This document shows, in pieces, positions 10,901 to 19,900 of a stretch of 54,439 nt of DNA. The stretch lies in IMG/VR virus record IMGVR_UViG_3300037087_000771, positions 1 through 54,439 of that record, one strand, 5' to 3'. The position numbers and the translations under genes were made by a program. Below the pieces are notes generated by a model. The model was not told where the DNA came from. It was given only the letters and a program-made list of their open reading frames with translations, and searched no databases. Each line of letters opens with the position of its first letter. Within the stretch, counting starts at the first letter, position 1. The stretch comes from a virus. Lineage: Duplodnaviria; Caudoviricetes.

Positions 10901-13900
10901 CAACCGGGTGGCATACGGGATGTTCTTGTATTTGTGCGCTTCGTCCACGATCATGAGGTCGATCCCCAGGTCGTCGAAGAAAAGGTTCTTTCTCTTCGCT
11001 TCGTCATGTACACCCGGCGCACTGAGCTTTGCCTCCAAGGCGTGAATTTGGACCTGGATGTCCTGCTCCAGAATTCGCGCCCCCTCCTTCTTGGCCTCTT
11101 CGAGAATTTCCCGCAGCTCCAGGAGCTCCTCTTCGATGAACACCCGCTCCGACTCCGGCGACAGGCCGATCCGGTCAAGGTCCTGCTGCCTCATGATCGC
11201 TATGTCGAAATCATTCAGGGCGATCTTCTGAAGCGACCGCTGCTTGCGCTGCTCATTGGTAGAAACGCGCACAGGCAAGATGTTTGCCATCGGGTAGAGG
11301 TTCTTGATCTCCTGAACCGCCTGTCCCATAGTGGAATCGTTCAAGGTAACATAGAGGACCTTCTTCTTTCCGCGAAGCCTTTTAGCCTCCATGGCGATCA
11401 AGCCCATAGTCACGGTCTTGCCCGTCCCGACTTCATGCCCAAGGTACAGGTTCCCGTTTTTCAGGTATTTCCATGTTGCGTTCATCTGGTGCGGGTAAAA
11501 TGTCAGCGCGTCAGTGACCCCAAGGGCTTCCTTTTCTTTTGGCGTCAACATCCACATTCCCTTGCCCGGAAAGGTAAGGTGGGAGCCGTCTGCATTCATC
11601 GGGACGGACGTATTGATGAGATCGTTGAAGCGCTTGACGGCCTCATCCGACCGTCCTGCTTCAGCAAACAGCCATCGCCCAAATTCCGACTGGATGTCCT
11701 GGAGCTTTACTTCGGCGGCCTGGGTCGCAACCTCGTCAAGGTACTGTTTTCTATCAACGGTAAAGGTGACCTGCGGACGCTTCCCCATCAAGGCGCACTT
11801 CATGAGCTCAAAGAAGTCCATGCGCTGGGTGCCCCACACCGTCGTCGCCTCAATACTCCGCTTCGCCGCGGCTATCATCCGTTGCGTTTCGGCCTTGTTT
11901 TCTGAAAAGCCCCGGTGTCCCTTCGTTTTTCTGTACTCCTCTTCCCCTTTGAACGTCATGGACCATTCGTTACTTACCGGATTGAAATTGAACACTGTGT
12001 GGAGGTCGTTCCTCATATTCATCTTGGCCCGCACAAAATCCGCCAGGTGCGCGGGATCGATCCACGACGCGCCAATGCGAGCAGTGATTCTGTGCTGGGG
12101 GATCTCCGCCGGCTGCGCCGCCTCAAGCAGAGCCACGTTGCGGGCATATTCAGGGTTGGACGTTGCCATCTCCCGTGCGACGGCCAGCTTCCGCTTCACG
12201 TTGCCGGACAGGTATTCGTCTATCGTTTCAAGGAAGCCGGTTTCTGGGTTTTCGACGATCTTGTCGGCAACCCCGAGCCTGACAGACTCGACATCCGAGC
12301 TCCGCAGCCTCGCCATGTATTCGAGGTTGGGATATCCGAATTCGTCGAGGGCCATCGCCAGGGCGTCATGATCGGTGTCCGCCCTGTCAGGCCGGGCGGC
12401 AAAGGCTGTTATGTTTTTGGTGAATATGTCCGAGAGTTTGGTGACTTTGTTTGTGTCTGGATCGTGCTCTTCCAGTGCCAATACCCACGCGGAGTCGGTG
12501 TACTCATTGTACATTGCGGAGTTCTTTATGGCGTTTACAGGGCCGTATGTCTTGACAAACAGGTCATACCATTTTTTGAGTTTGACCTGCTCTTCCTTGA
12601 TGACCTTGGCGTCCGTCTCGGTCTTCTGCGCCCTAAGCAGTGTCCGGATTTGATCCAGAATACGAACATAGAGGCGTACGATCTCGGCCTTTTTCTGTTC
12701 GCCGGCCGTCGCGACAGGCAGTTTCTCCTCCTCGCCATCTAACTTCTCGCAAACCTCGCCCTTATCATTGATGTATGCCCCCCCCTCTTTGATGGTTCCG
12801 GGTGCGGAGATGATGTCATCGATCGACTTGGCTTCCTTGACGGCCTCGCGCTCGACGATCTTGTCCGGAAAGGAGGCGGCAAGCCTTTCCAGGTTGGACT
12901 GCAAATCGCCTTCGCCGACCACCCGCAGGCTCTCGTTTCCGTACCTGCCGGTGATCTTTTCCAACTTTCCAGCAACCATCTCTGGGTGCTTGAGGAAATA
13001 ATTGTTGATGGTCAACCCGGTCGATTCATGCGTTCCCGTGGTCGTCCATTCCTCGGCGGGGACTCCCACGAACTTCCCCCCCTCGATATTCTTGCGGAAC
13101 ACCAGGATATCGGTCGCTACCTGCGTGGAACTGTAAATCCCAGAGGGAAGCCGGATCGCACCCACGAGTTGAGCCTTCCCAGCAAATTCTGCCAGGTGGG
13201 GGCCGACGGCATCCAGGGTATTTGACGTGGTGATCATCATGCTCAACGCGCCAGGTGCTGTAAGGTTGAGCATCTTGTTGATGAAATAGTTATGGAGACG
13301 ATACCCGCCCTTGTTGTGCTTCAGGTCCGTAGGGGAGAAGTTCTCGAACGGGACATTGGTGATGGTCAGATCGAACCGGTTATTCGGTTTCTTCACGTCC
13401 TGGAATGGCTTGGTCTCGATGGAGGCCAGCCCGTAGAGTAGCGTTGCAATGCGGGCGCTCACCCCGTCCATTTCGATCCCCTGCAACGCTGTCCCCTGGG
13501 CGAGGTCGCTCGGCATGGTTCCCAGAAAGAGACCATTCGCTCCAGTTGCGGGGTCAAGCACGACCCCATTCGTGAAACCAAGGCGCTGCGCCAGCTTCCA
13601 CATGAATGTGCCAATGGGTACGGGGGTATAATAGGCTGATGTTGAAGACGACGCTGCGTCACGGACCTCATCATCGTTGAGTTCCGCCTTGAGCAGTTCG
13701 GCCTTGCCCGCCCATGCCGCGGTGGGTTCGTAGGCAAACAGTTCCGACATGCCTCCCCAGCCGCTATACTGAGCCAGGATGTCTTTTTCGTTTATCGATG
13801 GTTGTATCGTCCGCTGGTTATCAGGAACCTTATCGGCCTCTGTCCAGCCGCCAGGAGGGGCTTCCCCGAACGAGACTGTTCCGGACGAAGCCAGCCTGTT

Positions 13901-16900
13901 TTCTGATTCTATGAGATTGAGTAATTTGACAGCAGCTAAATTGAGACTGAACCGAACGGGAACAGATTTCGGGTCGTTCAGGGTGGGATCTGTTATTTGG
14001 TAGTTTCCGGCGGGAGAAGGATATACTCCTTCAGCACTTCCTCCCTCGACGCCGCCCACTGGCCCCCTCTGCTTACCAGGACCGCGAGCTCCTCCGACGC
14101 CATCTGCGCTGCCTGCTCCGTCTCCTTCTCGAACGTCCCCTCCTTCATCAGGGCTGCCGTCAGGGCGGGCAGGTACTTCTTCCAGTGGTTCTGCGCCATC
14201 CTCTTGAAGACTCCCATTGATACCACCTCTTTCTTTGGAGATATAAGTCGGGTTTTCACCCTCATACTGAATGTTTGACAGCTTATAATCTAATATATCA
14301 TCGGGATGGAGCTGTGTCAAATAGGCAACTGCGCCCGTTCCGTTCTGCCCTTCCGATGTATATCCCTTATCATGACCGGCATACCCGTCCGGCTGCATCA
14401 TCGGCCCAAAGGATGTCGCGTCGTAGCGATACCAGTAATAGCCGTCATTGGATGGGTCGGACGCCCAGATCGCATTATATCGATCCTCTACCTCCGCCAG
14501 CAGTTCCTTTAGCTTGGTTTGTAACAGCAATTCGTTGGCTGTTTTAATGGAAACGTACTCGTCCTTGAGGGACGGGTGCCCGTTCTCATCCCACTCCAAT
14601 CCATCCAGGAAGTATTTGATGGTCTCGTTGAACGTCTCGCGTTCCTTTCCCGCGGGATATACCAGTTTTGCCCCGACACCTGCCTTCCCGCCTACCCTTC
14701 CGGCGGACACGAAGTCGTTGACCAGGTAGTTGTTTTTCCCCGGCAGCGTATCGTAGATGTACGCCTCGAACGCCCTCGCCCACATCTCGTGAGACCGTGC
14801 GGTATAGTCCGCGTCCATCTGCTGCGCGGTGCTGTAATAGTCTGTCTCTTTTCTGACCGCCTGCTCAAATAGTTCCGAAACGTATTCCTTTACCGCTGCA
14901 ATTCGATTCTGTTTTTTGTTCGATACTATCCGCTTGAGAAACGTGGAGTCCTTCCCGAGGATGTCATTTACCAGCCGGGAGCCAGCTCCGAAGTCGTAGA
15001 TATGAAAGAAAGTAAAGATGACCTGTTCAATTTCGTCTTTCGCCCTCTGGGAGGCCAGGTCCTGCAACCCATGGCCCCACTCATGGGCCATAGTCCCGTC
15101 GCCGTTGTCCCTGGTGAAGTTGATCGTTTTGACAGTGGGGAAGTATGCCGCTGCGGCCCCCTTCGCCTTGTGCCCCAGATTGGCAAATTGTACGGCCAGT
15201 TGTCTCCCCAGGCTCATGCCGATGTTGGGAGCGCCGATGGTTGCAGCCAGGTCCATGAAGGCATCGAACGCAGCCGGGATAACGCGGTTCCGCTCCTCCT
15301 GGTTGATCCAGCCCTCCTCGCCAAACCCGACGCCATTGAAACCGAACGGAGCCTGAAAGTCCTCTGTCTTTTTAAGTTCAACGCCCTTACGGTAATCGGC
15401 AAGGCCGGAACGTACCACTTCCTTGTTCCGCCCGCGCTTGTTGACGTTGATCTCCGACAGCAGGATATCGTTCTCGTCGGCAAGGAGATTCTGCCAGGAA
15501 TCGGTCAGGAAGTTGTAAAGGCCATTCGGTTTATCGACAATATCATGGTTGGCTATAATTCCGACGAGGCTGCGCCTCACTTCCATGTACGGCTCATATC
15601 TCCCGGTTTCATCTCGTAATCCATGGAGCACGGTGTCCTGTAACCGACCGATGATGTTCGTGATGGAGATCTGGCCATCGAAGGCGTCAACGATGGGCTG
15701 CATGGTTCTGCCGTACTCACTCGCCCATTCCTTGAGTTTATCGATAGAACCATCTCGGAAATTCAGCCAATGTTCGATCTTGTCCTCGATGGACTTCCCC
15801 GACATGTAACGCAACCGGTCCCGATTGCTGAGAAGGTGCTCCTTGAACGTCAAGAAATACTTCTGCACCATCTCTTTCGTCCGGGGGACACCCGGGGTCG
15901 CCCCTTCAGGATAATCGACCCCCCATATTTTCCCAGGGACCATCTCGTCGAGGATGATCTTCGCCGCGGACTTTGGTGACTTATCCTTGATCTTCTGGTT
16001 CAACTTCTCCGGGTCATAGACATAGCCGACGTTCTGGAATTCTCCCATCCCGGCTTTCTTCTCTTTGCGCTCCGCCGCCGCAGCCGCCTTTTGCTCTTTC
16101 TCCGCCTTCTCCTGATCGGTCAGCTTTCGGCGGGTCCGCGCTCCCCCCTCCCCTTTCCCCGTGTTCTCGTCGAGGTTGATCACTTCACCCTCTTCCGCCA
16201 TGTTTTCCGGAAGGATATTTCCTTCGTGTCTTACAGACCCCACACCATCCCATGAGTATTTCCAGCCTTCTTCCGGGATAGACACCGTCCCGCCTTCTTC
16301 CCATTCCGGGTGCTCTCTTGCAGCCTTGTTCCATGCGGCGTTTCGAGATTGCTGGTCTGCTTTAACGGGTTCGTCCATAGACGCCCGGTCATATCTGAGA
16401 GAAGATTCCGGCACACGCACTCTGAGGACAACAGGCGCCCCCCCGTGCTCGTCAACAGCCTCTTTTGCATAGTATTGGGCAAGCTCTCTCGTTTTTGCGA
16501 GGTAGGGGTTATTCAGCCCGTTCTTCCTTATGTCATCTAATAGGTTAGAACTCGTCCCGTGATAGGCTTCACGGATTGGGTGATCGATCTCTTTTTTATC
16601 CCTCTTTTCCTGAATGAACTGCTTGAGGTAAGGCCGGATTGCATCGCCGAATTGCGCGATCATCGTCGAGGCGAATTCCCAGAGCCCCTTCCCGACTTCG
16701 ATGAAGTGCGTGAACGCCGCCTCGAAATGGGGCTTCGCTTTCGCGTAGGTATCCTCGTCGATGCCGCCGGGGAGGGACTTCAGCGACGACCCTCCAAACA
16801 GTTCATAAAGACCCTTCAGGGCTTCGCCTGCCCCCAACACCCCCTCCTTGGCCACAGCGGACAGGATGTCATCGAGAGCCTTTGCCGGTTTTGCCGAGGG

Positions 16901-19900
16901 GATCTTTCCCGCAGCGCGATCCCTGGCAGCAGCAAATATGTTCTTGACAGCTTCATTTGTCGTCTTCGGCGCAGTTTCTTTCTTTTCCGGCATGTCGAGC
17001 AGTGCGTCGAGGTCTTCATTGGAAATCTCGGAGATCTCTTTCATGATGTCGGCCTTAGCGGCTTCTGGTTTCGTCAATTCTGTCAGTTCGGGATATTTGT
17101 CAAGTATGGCCTGTCGTGCTTTTGGATCATCGCCGGGGGCAGCATCGAGGTCGGATAGAAATCTCTTCGCATCCTCCTGCGAAAATTTCTCAGCCTGCGA
17201 AACCTTGTCCGCATCCTCCAAAAGGGCCGTGCGTTTTTTCTGGTATTCAAACTCAGCTTCTCGCGCATTCTCCGCCCTGAGCCGGTCACTTATTTCGGCC
17301 TGTTCGTTGCTCCTCTTGTCCACGGAGGTTTCCTTTTCCTCCACGGGTGGTTCTTTCCCCTCTGATTTTGAGCCTCTTACTCCGCCAGTTCCCGCCGCCT
17401 TGATATCCCCCGCGGGGGCTTCTCCGTCCTTCACGGGGGTTTCTTTCGTGGCCTTCCCCTCGAACATCTCTTTCGCAAGGCCGGGGTAATACTCTCTGAT
17501 GGTTTTTTCTAACGCCGGCCCTTGCTCTTCCAGCCCTCGGATTTCCTTCTTGATCTCCATTATCCGGGCCGCCAGATCATTGTACGTCGGGGTTCTCCCG
17601 AACCATGAATCCCGCCATGCTTCAGGACCGGCGTCTTCTGCATTCGACGTGGCCTTCGCGTCTTCTCCGAGCTGCTTGAGGGTGATCTCCTTGGCATCGA
17701 CCTTGCGCTGGATCTCCTGATATTTGGCGAGCCGCGCCTTGGTAGCCTCGATCTCTGCCGGGATTCCTTCGTATCTGGCCTTCCACTCATTCCTTTTCGC
17801 CCAGTAATCAGCGACCTCCGCCTCTGCCTCCTTGGTGATCAGATCCGTGGGCTTGCCCGTGCGTTTGTCGGAGTGCTGGGGGAGACGATTCAGCGCCGCC
17901 GTCACCTTCAGCTTCGAGACGTTCTTCTTGAATTTCTCCAAGTGTTCCACATCGTTCACGATCACAAACTTCCCGTCCATGGGAACGTCGATGATAACGT
18001 GGTTGGGTCCAGCGTCTTCAGTCTTGTTGTTCTCGTAGGCTGTCCGGGCGGCAAGGGCCTCATCGATATGTTCGAGCAGATACTTCTTGACGACCTTGGA
18101 CTTGGCCTCTTCTTCTTTGGTCTTTACCTCCGCCGAGGAAGGGGCTGGTTTCTCTTCCTTCTTCGCTTCCGATGCCTTGGTGGCTTCTTTCGTGGCCTTC
18201 GGGGCTCTCGCGCCGCCGGTTCCGGCTGCCTTGATGTCGGTTTTCTCCTCAGCTTTTGCAGGTGCGTCAGGATAGCTACCCTGGCCCCCGTGTTCTTTTT
18301 CCAGGAGGACTTCCCAGTATGCCTCTGCCGCGTCTATATCCGCGATAAGCGATTGCAACTTCTTGCCAAGTACGGGATTCTTTGCCGTCACGTTCGTGAC
18401 AATCGCCTTCTTTTCTTTCAGGGTGAGCGTGCTATACCCGCGTCCCCCCATACCGCTTCCACCCTTCCCAATCGAATGTTCGAGCCCGGCTTCCCGCTCG
18501 ATTGATGCGAATTCTTCTTCGTATTGGCTGATTAAATTCCTTCCTTCATCGGCGGTTCCCGCGTTCTTCATTTTTTCCGCGTAGGCTTCCGATGTTGGCT
18601 CAGGAGCGATGATCTCGGTGGGGGACAATACGTTGGTCGTCTCGAACGCCGCCAGGTCCTTCAGGGCGGCTATCCCTTTCAGGTCGTCGCCTTTGGTGCG
18701 GCTCCTTATTGCTTCAATCCCTGCCTTGATCGCCTCTTCTCGGGTATTGAATTCCGGACCATCGATAGCCGGGGCATGTCCACTGCCATCGTAGTCGCCA
18801 TACTTTTTCGAGATATGGACACCTATCCGGAATTTCCCATCGGGACCTTCCGCGATGTCGATACTCCCTGTCCGCCCAGATGCCTTCCCAAAAGGAATGG
18901 TTATCTTTTCCGGTTCAGTATAGACGCCATGGTCGTTGATATTGTGCCCTGCATCCCGGTATTTCTTGACATCGTCATCCAGTTCCTGCCTGGCCCTATT
19001 TCGTTTATCCGTAGGTTCATCGACCGCCGCCGGCCCCCTCTTCCCGCCAGTGCCCGCGGCTTTGATGTCAGTGGTGCCTTCGTCGGGCTGAATCATCTCG
19101 AAGATCGGCTTAGTGTCCCCAAAGAGATACTGGTGCATCGCCTCCTTGTCGCCCTGTGAAAGTTTCTTCGCGTTGGTCCCCTCGAACTGGAGAAGGTTAA
19201 ACTCGTCATTTTTTGCCGTCGCCTCGTTGATCGCCTCATCACGCAGCCAGGAGTCGGCGGCGGTGGCATCTTTTATCGCCAGGCGATTCGTCTCCGTGCG
19301 GATTCCGGGGGGCGTAAGGACGCGTCCGGTCAGGGTGGTAAGACCTTCGGACGCGGGGGTTGTCGGAGTTTCCCCTGCAGCGGACTTTTTGGCAGCCTTG
19401 AATTCATCTACAACCTGCTGAAGAATCGGATGATCCCATCCGCGCTCGTTTTGCTGCACATCTGAAAGCACAGACGCCAACTCGTAGATGTCGTCTTGGT
19501 CTTTCTCCGATACCTCAATCCCTTCTTTCTTCAGAAGTTCGACCGCTTTTAATCCAAGTTTCTCCTGTGCAGAAGCAAATGCGGTTTCGGCGTGGTGCAT
19601 GGCAAACCCTGATTCGGATCCCAGGATGTCCATTTCTTCGTCGATCTGTTTCTTTCGCGCCCGCGAAACGGCGTCCTTGGCGCTTTTCAGTTTATTTCTT
19701 TCCTCGATCAGCGCATCCATTTTTGGTTTATTTTTCGTGTCTATATCGTCTTTGACTGAATAGAGGTCATCCCACAAATTGCTGATATTCATAGGGGTAT
19801 AACTTTCGGGGAATTCAAAGTCTTCGGATATTTCTCCCCGCGAAATCTTCCCAATAAGATTGGCTATTTCACCTTCGTCAGCAGCGCCCTGCCCCACCGT

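Noticed and set aside
17075-17103. Another TTGACA on the coding strand within the giant gene
   Set aside because: No acceptable -10 box at 16-18 nt and no convincing downstream SD/ORF.
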